Shown here piece by piece: positions 9,692-20,369 of a DNA stretch of 52,473 nt. This DNA is from a virus (lineage: Duplodnaviria; Caudoviricetes). Under the pieces are notes generated by a model. The model did no database searches. It saw nothing but the letters and a program-made list of their open reading frames with translations, and was not told the DNA's origin. Every line of letters starts with the position of its first letter. The first letter of the stretch is position 1. The position numbers and the translations under genes are program-made. Location: positions 1 to 52,473 of IMG/VR virus record IMGVR_UViG_3300009597_000016, one strand, 5' to 3'.

Positions 9692-10253
9692 TGTCAAGCA
9701 CAAGATAGAAGTAGCGTTCGAAGCAGCAGGGAGAAAATACTATCGGTTCATTGACGATCATCAGATTCCGGTGGGGAGATACAAATATATCTATGCAGCG
9801 CTGAAAGAGGTGGATCTTCGGATGAACCTGGAGACATTGCAATCCTATATCAAGGAGATGAAGAATATCTTGGATGGTGGTATGAAGAAGAACCAAGTAT
9901 CAATGGGCGAATTGTGGAAGATTGTGCTAAACATGGAATCAAGGATATCGCTTGCTTTTGAACCGGCCAGTGTAGAGCGGTTAGCTGCGGTTATATTTTT
10001 TGATGAGACAGAAGATTTACGAAGTTATGATCGTAAGTATGGATTGGATAAGGTAAAGTTTTGGCAAGATAACAATGTCACCGATTTTTTTTTGACGATG
10101 CCTATCATAGAGTTGTTAGGACTGAAAGGTATTTCGCAAACATCTTTGGAGGAATATATTCTGGACGCGAATCTGCTGCTTCAGGATTTGAGCATAGATC
10201 CACAGACTCAGTCATCGGAGAATTTATCAGAGAATGGGAAGAGTCCTTCGTGA
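9615..10253 (+). CDS. Tail assembly chaperone (lambda gpG-like position)
   Basis: Upstream of the tape measure gene; contains a T9 slippery run at 10085-10093. Confidence 0.65.
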   Translation: MKRKKPVPKRKPVKPPLPSYNLSHDDVKHKIEVAFEAAGRKYYRFIDDHQIPVGRYKYIYAALKEVDLRMNLETLQSYIKEMKNILDGGMKKNQVSMGELWKIVLNMESRISLAFEPASVERLAAVIFFDETEDLRSYDRKYGLDKVKFWQDNNVTDFFLTMPIIELLGLKGISQTSLEEYILDANLLLQDLSIDPQTQSSENLSENGKSPS

Positions 10254-10396
10254 ACTTATCAGACGGAGATCCTATCATGGAGCGTGAACTTCGCTGGATG
10301 CCTGTTTATGACTTTAATTTTCGTATTTTAGCACTCAATAAGCATAGGGCCAAGCAGGAGAACTCTCTTGAGTTCGAACCCTTCGGCCTTAAGTGA
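10085..10396 (+). CDS. -1 frameshift extension of the tail chaperone (gpGT-like)
   Basis: The -1 frame is open for about 100 codons from the T9 run (FFDDAYHRVV...EPFGLK) to TGA 10394-10396, just before the tape measure gene. Confidence 0.7.
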   Translation, partial: FFFDDAYHRVVRTERYFANIFGGIYSGRESAASGFEHRSTDSVIGEFIREWEESFVNLSDGDPIMERELRWMPVYDFNFRILALNKHRAKQENSLEFEPFGLK

Positions 10397-10443
10397 TGTT
10401 CGCTCGGCGAAGAATTCCATAGTCGCATTCTATCTTTTTGAAG

Positions 10444-13050
10444 ATGGCTGATAAGACGCAGAACATCAACATCAACTATAAGTTCAATACGGCCGAGATC
10501 GATAAGGCCGCACAATCGCTGGCCAAGGTTAATCAGGCATCAAACAAGTTACAGCAGGACGCTGGTAAGGTGGGGCAAGCCGGAGCTAAAGGAGTTCAGG
10601 ATTGGAGTAAGAGTATTGCCGGATTAGAGTCAGAGATGCAACGGTTAAAGTTCAGGGCCAGAAATGCGGTTGATCCTGCTGAAGCAAAGAAGTACGGCGA
10701 TGCGTGGGCTGGCGTTAAGAAACAACTTGATGAGACTACAAAGTCAGCAGGGCTGTTTAATAAAGCAGCTGGTATGACTAACAATCAACTGGCTAGTATG
10801 ATCACCAGTTTTAAAGGGTTGTCAAAAATAGCGGGTGTCGGTTTGCTTGCTACTGCTACTAAGGAGGCGGTGGATTTCAGTCTGGAGATGGCCACGTTGC
10901 AAGGACAAGTAGAGGGTGTTGAGCGGGGATTTGAGAGGGCTTTTCCAGCTAGCAGCGCACTGATTCGTGATTTACAAGCAGCTACCCATGATACGATGAC
11001 CGATTTCGATTTAATGAAGCGGTCATTGCAAGCTACTAACCTCGGTGTGGGTGTTGAACATTTAGCCACACTATTTGAATTTGCCGCAGCCCGTGCTCAG
11101 CAGACCGGGGAATCTGTGGATTACCTTGTTGATTCTATCGTCCGTGGTATAGGTCGTAAGTCTCCGCTGGTACTTGATAATTTAGGTATATCTGTCACAG
11201 CGTTGAAGGATAAGTTTAACGGAGCCTCTATTGCTTCTGTATCTGTTGCTGAAGCTACTCGCGGTGTTGCTGAGATTGCTAAAGAGCAGTTGGAAAAAAT
11301 GGGAGGCTATGTTGATACAGCCGAGACAGCGGTGAAGCGATTGGGCAAGACCTGGGAAGAAGTTAAGATAGCTATAGCGAAAGGACCGATAGGAGACTTC
11401 GGTGCTGGGTTTGCGAATTTTTTTGCTGATGTGTTACAGGGGTGGGCCGATCTTGGTAAGAATAAGGACAAGCAGTTGGAGGATATACGCGCTGCACAGG
11501 AGATAGAATCCTTAGTTGCTGTGGAATTGAACTCTAAGATGATTAAAGATCAGGAAAAGCTAAACGCAGCATTTCAGAGCGAGTTAAAGAAACGTTTTGA
11601 TATGCGTAAGCAGAATCTTGTTCAGTTAGCCATACTTGAGGAGCAAGCAAACAAGATACAGTTGGAACGGTCTTCTGCACTTAAGTCGGGAGACAGCGAC
11701 AGCTTCTTCCAGCTCGGATTTGCGCTGGATGCAGTAGTTCAGAAATCTTTGCCGCTTATTTCCTCAAATCGAGAACTCTCCGAGAGTTTAAAACTGTTGA
11801 AGATAGCTTTTGACTCTGCGTTCCCTAAGCCTGGTGATAATAACCTGACTGCTATGCGGGAGGAGTTGAAAGGGTTGATAGATACCTTTAATGAATTGAA
11901 GTTACAAAAAGATGATCGAACTAAGTTCGTTGATCCTAAAGAAGCAAATGAGACAATAGATAAGATAAAAAAGTTATCCAAGGAAATAAAGTTCTTGGAG
12001 GATTTGCTCAAAGATCCTAAAACGTTGAAGGTAAAAGTTGAGTTCTCTAAAACGATAGAGGATTTTATAGAGGAGTGGAAAGGTGACATCCATAAGTTCT
12101 TTGGTGAGGGAGGGGACTTGAAAGATGTAGAATTGAATCCGTTCTCTGGGGTGGTGTTTGACAGGAAAGCTATTGAAGCGACAGAGATATTTGATCAGTC
12201 TACACTTGATGCTATGGATGCCGATGTTGCTGAGAAGGCAGAACATGTTGCTGATAGTTTCTGGACCAGATTCAAACTTGCGTTTAAGCGTAAGTCTGTT
12301 ACTGATAAAGACCTTGAGTTGCAGGATGCTATAGTGACTGCCGAGTTAACCGGAATTGATATTTTATCAGACCAGTTTCAATCCATAGCAAGTCAGGAGG
12401 CAGAGTTATTTGATGCCAGATTAAAACGTACTAAGCAGTTCTTCGAAGAGCAGCAACGGCTGGCCGGTAACAATGAGAAAGCGAAAGACTTGTTACGTAA
12501 TCTTGAAGACAGGAAAGTAAAAGAGTTAAGAACTCGTCAGTTTATAGCTGAACAAAAAGCGGCCAAGCAACGGGCGTTGATAGATGGTGCTGCTGCTATC
12601 GTAAAGACTTTTGCTACAGTAGGATGGCCAGCAGGAGCAGTACTTGCTATTGCTCAGGCAGCAGCCACAGCATCACAGATCGCTATCATCGATCGTCAGC
12701 AACCACGATTTGCAAAGGGTGTGATCGACTTGCAAGGCCCAGGTACAACAACTAGTGATTCCATACCAGCAAGGTTATCCAAGCACGAATCTGTAATGAC
12801 AGCCTGGGAGACAAAGAATGCAGGAGGTATATTGAAAGAGATCCGTGCCAAGAAACTTGATGACAGGGTACTTCGAAGTCTTCGTGAGTCAAGACATCCG
12901 GTTCAGGGTATGAGTGATCAGGGTATCATACGCGCTATAAAAGAAAACAAGTCACCGGATGTTATTGTGCAGAGCGGCATTGTGTATAAGGCAACCAAGC
13001 GGTCAGAAGATTACATTAAAAAGCAACGTGCTAAGTCAATACGGATATGA
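10444..13050 (+). CDS. Tape measure protein
   Basis: About 870 aa, Ala/Lys-rich helical; GIGRKSPLVLDNLGI and C-terminal FAKG...GPGTTTSDSIPARLS. Confidence 0.85.
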   Translation: MADKTQNININYKFNTAEIDKAAQSLAKVNQASNKLQQDAGKVGQAGAKGVQDWSKSIAGLESEMQRLKFRARNAVDPAEAKKYGDAWAGVKKQLDETTKSAGLFNKAAGMTNNQLASMITSFKGLSKIAGVGLLATATKEAVDFSLEMATLQGQVEGVERGFERAFPASSALIRDLQAATHDTMTDFDLMKRSLQATNLGVGVEHLATLFEFAAARAQQTGESVDYLVDSIVRGIGRKSPLVLDNLGISVTALKDKFNGASIASVSVAEATRGVAEIAKEQLEKMGGYVDTAETAVKRLGKTWEEVKIAIAKGPIGDFGAGFANFFADVLQGWADLGKNKDKQLEDIRAAQEIESLVAVELNSKMIKDQEKLNAAFQSELKKRFDMRKQNLVQLAILEEQANKIQLERSSALKSGDSDSFFQLGFALDAVVQKSLPLISSNRELSESLKLLKIAFDSAFPKPGDNNLTAMREELKGLIDTFNELKLQKDDRTKFVDPKEANETIDKIKKLSKEIKFLEDLLKDPKTLKVKVEFSKTIEDFIEEWKGDIHKFFGEGGDLKDVELNPFSGVVFDRKAIEATEIFDQSTLDAMDADVAEKAEHVADSFWTRFKLAFKRKSVTDKDLELQDAIVTAELTGIDILSDQFQSIASQEAELFDARLKRTKQFFEEQQRLAGNNEKAKDLLRNLEDRKVKELRTRQFIAEQKAAKQRALIDGAAAIVKTFATVGWPAGAVLAIAQAAATASQIAIIDRQQPRFAKGVIDLQGPGTTTSDSIPARLSKHESVMTAWETKNAGGILKEIRAKKLDDRVLRSLRESRHPVQGMSDQGIIRAIKENKSPDVIVQSGIVYKATKRSEDYIKKQRAKSIRI

Positions 13051-16000
13051 GATTCAGATTCACGTTAACGCATCGAGGATCTGAGAGCGCACCGTTCGCT
13101 GTACCAGCACTGAATACTTGGGATACCGAGACAGGGGCAGATGTTGAGTGGTCGCTTGGTCCTGCCCCGAATGTAACTGTGGTAGGGACTGGGCCATTTA
13201 CCACAGAGAGTTCAGAATATCTGTGGGTAAACTATGGCTTTGAGGCTGGTGTTATATACAGTATCACTCTCGCTTACACGGCAACCTATTTAAGCGGTTC
13301 ATCAAATCCAAGGTTAGCATACCTGAGAATTCTTGATAATTCATTTGCTACTGTATTCACTGAGTCAGATAGTACACCTATAAGTCCTGGAGGAACAGGT
13401 TCTCTTACAATATCTTTTACAGCCGACAGTTCCTGCGATAAAATAGCTTTCAAAGTACAGCAAGCGTCAGAAGTTACTTTCGTAGTCAATTCAGTGTCGG
13501 GTACAAGTGTGGATCCTAACGATGTAACGTTGACTCAGGAGATTAATGAGCCGGACGGATGGAAGGAATCTATACTCAAACTTGAAAGAGATAAAGACTA
13601 CAGATCGCTTGTTGAGTTTTTTGAAGGCTCGTTCATTTTCTACGGTGACAATGGAGTAGTCAACGGGGGCATAGAATTTATCAAGGCGCTTGAGTTGGTG
13701 TATGGGCCGGATGTATCTATTGAAATGCTGATAGAGCTTACTGAGGATGATTATACCTGGGATCAAGTGTTTCTCGGACAACTGGATTTGTCGCTTGCCG
13801 AAGAGTTGATGGATAACAAGTTTCGCATTCCAATCATTCGCGATAACTTCTGGGCCAAGTTTATGAATCGCAAGGATACTCCTGTCGATTTAAATGCGTC
13901 TACGGATCTTGATCTGGCGGCTATAACAGATCCGGTTGATTCGATTGAGTTAATTTTACCTAGCCAGATCGTTACATATTATACTGAAGCACATGCGAAT
14001 TATGGGTTAACGTACCCGCCATCTGTTGGCCCTGATCCTCAACCAGCACTCTTAATTAACTTTGATAATATACTTAATGATGACATACCGCTATTCACTA
14101 TAGCCAGAGCGCCAGCTACCAATGAAGTAGCTAAAATATTGGGCCTGTTTGAAGCTCCTTATAATGGTGAGTACATCATCGAAATAAAATTGCCTGTTGG
14201 CTTATGGGATGAAACATCATTTCCTGGGGAGTGGAGCGGACCAGGTCTGGTCAGGTTAAGATTAAACAAGACCAATAGCGAGGCTGTGGATATTTATGAT
14301 TATACAGACGGTGATGGGTTTGCATTGAGTGATGGCGCTGACAATATCGGGGTGTTTCATCTTACGCTTACTTATAGTCTGTTTAAGGGAGAACAATTAG
14401 CTATAAGATTACACCGATCCGATGTGGGAGATGCAGTTACTGTGTTTGGAGAGATACGATTGGTATGGCATACTGATGTTCAACTGGCCACTACACAGGC
14501 TATCACATTGTCAGGAGAGCAAACTATAGATGGTGTGATGACTTCCACCGACAGGGTGTTGGTTAAGAATCAGGGTAACTGGGAAGAGAATGGCATTTAT
14601 GTTACGGGGGCTGGGGCGTGGACCAGAGCTACGGATATGGATTCGGGAGATGAAGCGTACCTGGCCGCTGTGTATATTACTGCTGGAGATAACCAATCAG
14701 ATAGTTCGTGGTATCAAACGGAAGATATTGCAGATATTGGTATTGGTCCACAAATCTGGACGATAACCGATAATTCAGATGAGCATATTAACGCATTACC
14801 ACTGTCAATATTCGAAGATGATCGGTTTGGTAACTTTATTAAGATCACAGCAAAGACTAAGTTTCGTCAGACGCAACAGCCAGCTTCATTGATGCATGAT
14901 GCAGGAGCAGCAATATTAAAATCATACGGACTTGGAGAAACCAATCCGTTTTATTCGGAGGTGATGGGGTCTGAGTTTACGTTGGCCAGACAATACGAAC
15001 AGAATGGATGTATATGGAAACACGCTGTGCTGAGAGGTCTTCAGCTGCGTGGATATACTCTTGCTGAGAAACCGTTTTTCACCTCGTTTAACGAGTGGTG
15101 GAAAGGATGTAATCCGATATTTAATCTCGGTCTTACTTATGAGTTCAGGGAAGGATATACTGTAACTCCTATAGGCAGTGAAGTTGCTGCCCTTGCAGAT
15201 TGGGAAGACGCTCTCGGATCCAACCCTGGTGCATGGACGTATACTTCACCCAACGTTCCGCATACATCGGTTAACGGGGATGCCGGTGTTGAAGGATATA
15301 CCAAAGGGGCTGTGGCCACTGTTGCAGGTCAGACATATGCATTCTCCTATGTACTGCATATCGCTGATACCGGTGTTGAAGATCCTCTTATAGTAGTTAC
15401 TGTTGCTATACTTGATGCATTTGATAATGAAATCGTGACCATTGAATTAAATCATATAACGGCCGGATATAAATTTGAAACATTCACGCTGACTCCGCTC
15501 AGTGACGGTACAAGTGTTGCCATGAGACTGTTGAATAATACTGTCATGGAGACAAAGACGTTTGTCTTACGCTTGTTCACGGGTGCTGCCTGTGAGCAGT
15601 TTTTGTTGGACCCTGAATTCCTTACCGGTTCTCCCTGGACGCACGATGCGGCCGGAACGCCGTGGGTAATTACCGGAGGAGCCGCTACGTTGAGTTTGGC
15701 GTCAGGTGATTCTGAGCGTTTGATACAGTCTTTTGCTGGTGGAGGAATCGGGGATTACTTAATAGTCTATCAGCGGACAACTACGAATTTCGCTGTTAGC
15801 GTGGACTCCATGAACCTGGCTATAAGTTGTTATGACGAGGACGATAATCTTATCAGCGGATTAGGTGCATTCATTGTTGTAGATACTTCGATAGAGTCTA
15901 CCGCAGCGTTTACCAGTGTTGTACCTGTGGCCACCATAAAGATCATAGCTGAGGTCAATTCTGGCGCTGATATGGATATTAGTCTTGGGTTTGTAGAGTT

Positions 16001-17021
16001 GTATGGACCCACACTGATAACACCCATTGTTGTTCAGGATGAGAATGTGATCCGGGTGGAGGAGGTGGAACATTTTTATGATCCTGATTTTGTGCTGGAG
16101 ATATCGAACATTAGAAACATCACCAGATCATATGACAACGATAAAATATTTAACAAGATAAATATAGGTTATACGACTTGGAAGTCGGAAGACATTTCCG
16201 GTATTGACGATCCTCAGACTCAGCATATCTACTCAACACGTTTTGAGAAGATAGGCACTACCCTGACATTGTGGAGCGATTGGATCGCTGCATCGCTGGC
16301 CATAGAGACAACACGGCGTAAGACGATAGCGGAGTCAACCGATTTTAAGTTTGACGACAGTGTATTTATCGTGGCCATAAATACAGATGACGTATCCCCT
16401 GATGTCTATCGCCCGGAGTTGGATGAGAATTTTACTGATGTACAAAATCTTTTAGATCCTGAGACACGCTATAATCTCAGTCTTACTCCCACCAGGAATC
16501 TGCTGCGTTGGAGTAAATGGCTGAACGGATGTCTTCAGAACTACCTTAGTTCATACTACAAGTTTGTACGGGGAGAGGGTAACTTTGATATGATCTCCGA
16601 GATGATAGAGGAATCCCCTGATTGTCTTGATCAGGATTATGGCGGGGAACCACTGTCTGAAAAGCAGGATGTAGAAGTAACTGATGATATTATTCATCTT
16701 CCAAACTATTATGATATTGAGATCCCTTTGACTTGGCAGGATTACAAAACTATCCGCGAGAACAGGAAGAAGGCCATAGGTATCAGCATGACCGATGAGA
16801 ATCACGTAGCTCTTTTTATAGATGAGCTGGAATACAATATCATGCATGCCAGGGTCAAGATCACTGGCTGGACCAACGTGTTCCTGGAGCTTAGTGTGAT
16901 CGAAGATGACGTAGCCGATCAGCTTTGTATGATTCCTGAGGGGGAATGCGCGAATCCGATTACGGACGAGAATGATGTGGTGCTTACTGACGAAAATGGG
17001 GTATGTATAGAGTTTGCCTAA
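13047..17021 (+). CDS. Large tail tip/hub protein with inserted beta-rich domains
   Basis: 1324 aa directly after the tape measure gene; contains the fibre-type module LATT-AITLSGEQTIDGV...RVLVKNQ...ENGIYV...AWTRATD. Confidence 0.7.
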   Translation: MRFRFTLTHRGSESAPFAVPALNTWDTETGADVEWSLGPAPNVTVVGTGPFTTESSEYLWVNYGFEAGVIYSITLAYTATYLSGSSNPRLAYLRILDNSFATVFTESDSTPISPGGTGSLTISFTADSSCDKIAFKVQQASEVTFVVNSVSGTSVDPNDVTLTQEINEPDGWKESILKLERDKDYRSLVEFFEGSFIFYGDNGVVNGGIEFIKALELVYGPDVSIEMLIELTEDDYTWDQVFLGQLDLSLAEELMDNKFRIPIIRDNFWAKFMNRKDTPVDLNASTDLDLAAITDPVDSIELILPSQIVTYYTEAHANYGLTYPPSVGPDPQPALLINFDNILNDDIPLFTIARAPATNEVAKILGLFEAPYNGEYIIEIKLPVGLWDETSFPGEWSGPGLVRLRLNKTNSEAVDIYDYTDGDGFALSDGADNIGVFHLTLTYSLFKGEQLAIRLHRSDVGDAVTVFGEIRLVWHTDVQLATTQAITLSGEQTIDGVMTSTDRVLVKNQGNWEENGIYVTGAGAWTRATDMDSGDEAYLAAVYITAGDNQSDSSWYQTEDIADIGIGPQIWTITDNSDEHINALPLSIFEDDRFGNFIKITAKTKFRQTQQPASLMHDAGAAILKSYGLGETNPFYSEVMGSEFTLARQYEQNGCIWKHAVLRGLQLRGYTLAEKPFFTSFNEWWKGCNPIFNLGLTYEFREGYTVTPIGSEVAALADWEDALGSNPGAWTYTSPNVPHTSVNGDAGVEGYTKGAVATVAGQTYAFSYVLHIADTGVEDPLIVVTVAILDAFDNEIVTIELNHITAGYKFETFTLTPLSDGTSVAMRLLNNTVMETKTFVLRLFTGAACEQFLLDPEFLTGSPWTHDAAGTPWVITGGAATLSLASGDSERLIQSFAGGGIGDYLIVYQRTTTNFAVSVDSMNLAISCYDEDDNLISGLGAFIVVDTSIESTAAFTSVVPVATIKIIAEVNSGADMDISLGFVELYGPTLITPIVVQDENVIRVEEVEHFYDPDFVLEISNIRNITRSYDNDKIFNKINIGYTTWKSEDISGIDDPQTQHIYSTRFEKIGTTLTLWSDWIAASLAIETTRRKTIAESTDFKFDDSVFIVAINTDDVSPDVYRPELDENFTDVQNLLDPETRYNLSLTPTRNLLRWSKWLNGCLQNYLSSYYKFVRGEGNFDMISEMIEESPDCLDQDYGGEPLSEKQDVEVTDDIIHLPNYYDIEIPLTWQDYKTIRENRKKAIGISMTDENHVALFIDELEYNIMHARVKITGWTNVFLELSVIEDDVADQLCMIPEGECANPITDENDVVLTDENGVCIEFA

Positions 17022-17075
17022 AAATGAATATATTTACAACGCTGTTCCGCAAAGGAAGATATCAAATTTATTGTC

Positions 17076-17861
17076 ATGGTACTTTCTGACGCGCAACCTA
17101 TTCAATTCTGGCCTGTAGACTGTGACACGTTTAACGAGCATGTCTCTGACGGTGTACATCATGTATGCTTCTGTCAGCCCGTCAACTGTGATGATACGAT
17201 AGTCATTCAAGGATATGTGGTAGGGGAAGGATCTCCTCCTGTAGCTGATGATTATACGCTTACGATCGTAGCAGAGAATGGAGGAACACTCGCTGAGATT
17301 CCCTTTGATGTGCAGGAGGTAGGTGACAAGTTTGTATACAGTGTGACGTTGAATCTGGAGACAATGAGTCCTGACCTATGCAGTACCAGGGTCCAGTTTC
17401 AAATAAATAATGCCTCCACTGTTACCTCTGTAGCCAAGTCTGACTGCATAGACATCGCCGATCACGACAATACAATACTCATCACCTATTCTAACCATAG
17501 AAACTTCGCCGGATTAGTTTATCAGAATGCCTCTCCAGAGTTTGAATTCTACCTTCGTGTTCCCGCTATATTTTATCATCAGCGATTCCCCGAAGAGGAT
17601 GAAGTCATTGAACTATCATCATCATTAGTTGCACTTACCGGAGAGTTGAAGCGCACCAGACTAATGGATACAGACTACATGCCGTATTACATGCATGAGA
17701 AAATTAAGCTTGTACTAAAGCATCAGTTCGTGTCCATCTACAACAAGGAGTGGGTGAAGGAGGCTGCTTACGAATTATCAGATACCGATAGAAGGTGGCC
17801 AGTCACCAAAGCAAAGTGCTGGATAACAGAGAAAGAATTTGTTCATAGAAATGTTTTATAA
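17076..17861 (+). CDS. Putative tail/virion structural protein
   Basis: 261-aa acidic beta-rich ORF in the structural operon. Confidence 0.55.
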   Translation: MVLSDAQPIQFWPVDCDTFNEHVSDGVHHVCFCQPVNCDDTIVIQGYVVGEGSPPVADDYTLTIVAENGGTLAEIPFDVQEVGDKFVYSVTLNLETMSPDLCSTRVQFQINNASTVTSVAKSDCIDIADHDNTILITYSNHRNFAGLVYQNASPEFEFYLRVPAIFYHQRFPEEDEVIELSSSLVALTGELKRTRLMDTDYMPYYMHEKIKLVLKHQFVSIYNKEWVKEAAYELSDTDRRWPVTKAKCWITEKEFVHRNVL

Positions 17862-17879
17862 CCTTAAACTTTAAAAAAG

Positions 17880-18536
17880 ATGAATGTTTTAGTATTGCCT
17901 CAACAGAATGATGTGGTACAGGAGATGTCTCGCGTAATAAGAGAAGCCTACAAGGTATTCGCTGACATTTTCTGCGATGAAGATCAGCCGGATTACATCC
18001 AGCTTGAATGCGGATCAGAACTCGGTGGTGTTATCGCCATTGGTTTGATCAAACCCGGGTCCGATGTCGGAGATACCGATGTAGAAAAGATCGCCAACTT
18101 CGAAGATGAAGCCTGGTGGGCAGCAGCGTTAGCCGCTTCTCCGCAGGAAGCCTGGGTGATCCTTGACACTCGCGGCTCTCTTCCAGCAGGAACACCCACT
18201 GAGGAAGAAGGTTTCGGTTTGATCCCTACAGAACGTACGGGGGACGATCGTGAACTTACTTTCGAAGCACTTGGTGTGATGGAGAACCGTGACTTCGTAG
18301 CTGCTACCAACAAGCGCAGAGGCTGGGGTCTGATCTATGTAACGGCTGGTAAGGATACGACCACAGGAGGATACGAATCTTTCTATGTGTCGAACGTATC
18401 GGTGTACATGAGTGATTTGATCGAACAGTCTATCAAGACGCGCAAGCGTTGGTCAGGATCGGCCAAGTGGTCTACTGACATGACGCCAGGTCTTCCATTC
18501 ATTGCTCCTGCTTCGATCTTTACCACGACTGCTTAA
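17880..18536 (+). CDS. Putative major tail (tube) protein
   Basis: 218 aa; early C-SELGGVIAI and EEGFG...RTG segments resemble Bacteroidota siphovirus tube proteins. Confidence 0.55.
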   Translation: MNVLVLPQQNDVVQEMSRVIREAYKVFADIFCDEDQPDYIQLECGSELGGVIAIGLIKPGSDVGDTDVEKIANFEDEAWWAAALAASPQEAWVILDTRGSLPAGTPTEEEGFGLIPTERTGDDRELTFEALGVMENRDFVAATNKRRGWGLIYVTAGKDTTTGGYESFYVSNVSVYMSDLIEQSIKTRKRWSGSAKWSTDMTPGLPFIAPASIFTTTA

Positions 18537-20369
18537 ATGTTATACGGCTCAACCGAGTTTCGGGATCTCCTGATTGAAATTATCAGGAAGGAATACAGGC
18601 ATCATAACTATGCGCTCACTGTGAAGTTAGCCAAGGAGATGTCTGTGCATGTGTACGGAGAAAGACCGGATAGTCTGCTCTCCCGTGTTCGTCCCGGAGA
18701 GGACGCAGATATCATGCAGTACCGACTCGATAACTTTGAGCCAACCACCAAAGCGCCCTGTGGTAAGGCGCTTAAGATCGTATCCAAGATCTTCAATCCT
18801 AACCTGTACTCTATCATCTGGCCCAAGGATAATCCTGTAGCCGAGGAGTTGCGTATCTACACCACGTATTATTTTCCGGTGTATAATTCGCTGATGGTGT
18901 ATAACAAGGATGTTACGCTGAAGAAAATGATCGCGGATGCCAACGCTGTGATGGCCGTCAAGCCACAGCGTATCCCACAGAATGATGCCGAGAAAGTCAA
19001 GCCGATCGTTACCATCTACTGTTCAGAGGATATCTGGAACTATGATCTTGATCATTACCTGTTCCACATATCGGAAGAAAAGCTAAATGGAGATACCATT
19101 CATACCTTTGAGTATTATGACTTCACACAGTTCATCCGGTTCCAAACCTCTTCGCCTAACTATCCCGACCTCAAGATCACCGTTATCGAGTCCTACCAGC
19201 ACAGCTTTAAGGATGAACGGGGGGAACAAGAAATTCCATGTTGGAAGTTACGTGGTAATACATTAACAGTCACAGACGGCGACCCTGTATACGAGTCCTT
19301 CTTTGCTGATGCCCAGCCGCACTGGAATCTTTCGCTCATCCATGAAAGCGATGTTCTCGGTTCGTTCGTAAAACACATGAACCCTCAGCGCTACATTATC
19401 GGGGAAGAATGTCAGAACAAAAAAGAAGTCGATGGCATCATGCTGCGTTGTCACAACGGTACGCTTAGAGGCGGCAGCAAGGATGGTAGAGGACTCTCCA
19501 TGCAGTGCGACATGTGCGGCGGTACGGGCAAGGTAGCTTCCTCTCCGTACGAGGATATGATCATGCTGCGCCACAAGCTCGATGAGATGACCAACCTGAC
19601 CATGGATCCTGTAGGCTATGTCCACGTACCCGTGGATGCTACCCGGATGCTGGCCGATCGGGCTGACATTATGGTACAGCGGGGTAATGCAGCGATCAAC
19701 ATGCTGATCGAAGATTATGTCGGCGCTAATCAATCGGGTGTAGCCAAGATCTATGATCGCTCCGCACAAAGCGATACGATCTATGATATCGGTATGGCGA
19801 TGTATGATGTTCACTTCCAGAATCAATACTACTTCATCAACAAGTACATGAATGAAGTAGCGGATAGGTCGGCGGGTAAAGCAACGGATGAGAACCTACC
19901 ACAGGTTAACAAGCCGACACGCTTCAATGTTGAAACCATGGCAGAGTTAGTTAACTCATTCCGTGAAGGTGTAGCTGCCGGACTCGATCGTAACTTCATG
20001 CAAGTAAAACAGATCGAGATCCTCTCGAAAGACCTGGATACCAACCCTGATCTGAAGAAGTACTACGTGACTATTGTGAACCTTGATCCCCTGTTTGGTA
20101 TGACACAGGTAGACATTGATGCCAACCTGGCCAAGACCTTAATCAAGAAGGAAGACGCTGTGATCCACGCTAATCTGAAGCCCTTCGCAGATCGGGCGGT
20201 AGCGGAGAACAAGGGATTTTTGGATTTTGACCAGACGGTGAAGATGGATATCTTGCGCAAATACGCCCAGGAATTGATCAAAACGGAAAAGCCGATGATC
20301 GATCCAATGGCCATACCGCCGGATGACACCACAGGAACTAGCTCTACTGATCGAGACACTGATACTTGA
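18537..20369 (+). CDS. Portal protein with inserted Cys4 zinc finger
   Basis: 610 aa ahead of the head genes; NQSGVAKIYDR portal-like motif; C...C...CDMCGGTG insert. Confidence 0.7.
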   Translation: MLYGSTEFRDLLIEIIRKEYRHHNYALTVKLAKEMSVHVYGERPDSLLSRVRPGEDADIMQYRLDNFEPTTKAPCGKALKIVSKIFNPNLYSIIWPKDNPVAEELRIYTTYYFPVYNSLMVYNKDVTLKKMIADANAVMAVKPQRIPQNDAEKVKPIVTIYCSEDIWNYDLDHYLFHISEEKLNGDTIHTFEYYDFTQFIRFQTSSPNYPDLKITVIESYQHSFKDERGEQEIPCWKLRGNTLTVTDGDPVYESFFADAQPHWNLSLIHESDVLGSFVKHMNPQRYIIGEECQNKKEVDGIMLRCHNGTLRGGSKDGRGLSMQCDMCGGTGKVASSPYEDMIMLRHKLDEMTNLTMDPVGYVHVPVDATRMLADRADIMVQRGNAAINMLIEDYVGANQSGVAKIYDRSAQSDTIYDIGMAMYDVHFQNQYYFINKYMNEVADRSAGKATDENLPQVNKPTRFNVETMAELVNSFREGVAAGLDRNFMQVKQIEILSKDLDTNPDLKKYYVTIVNLDPLFGMTQVDIDANLAKTLIKKEDAVIHANLKPFADRAVAENKGFLDFDQTVKMDILRKYAQELIKTEKPMIDPMAIPPDDTTGTSSTDRDTDT

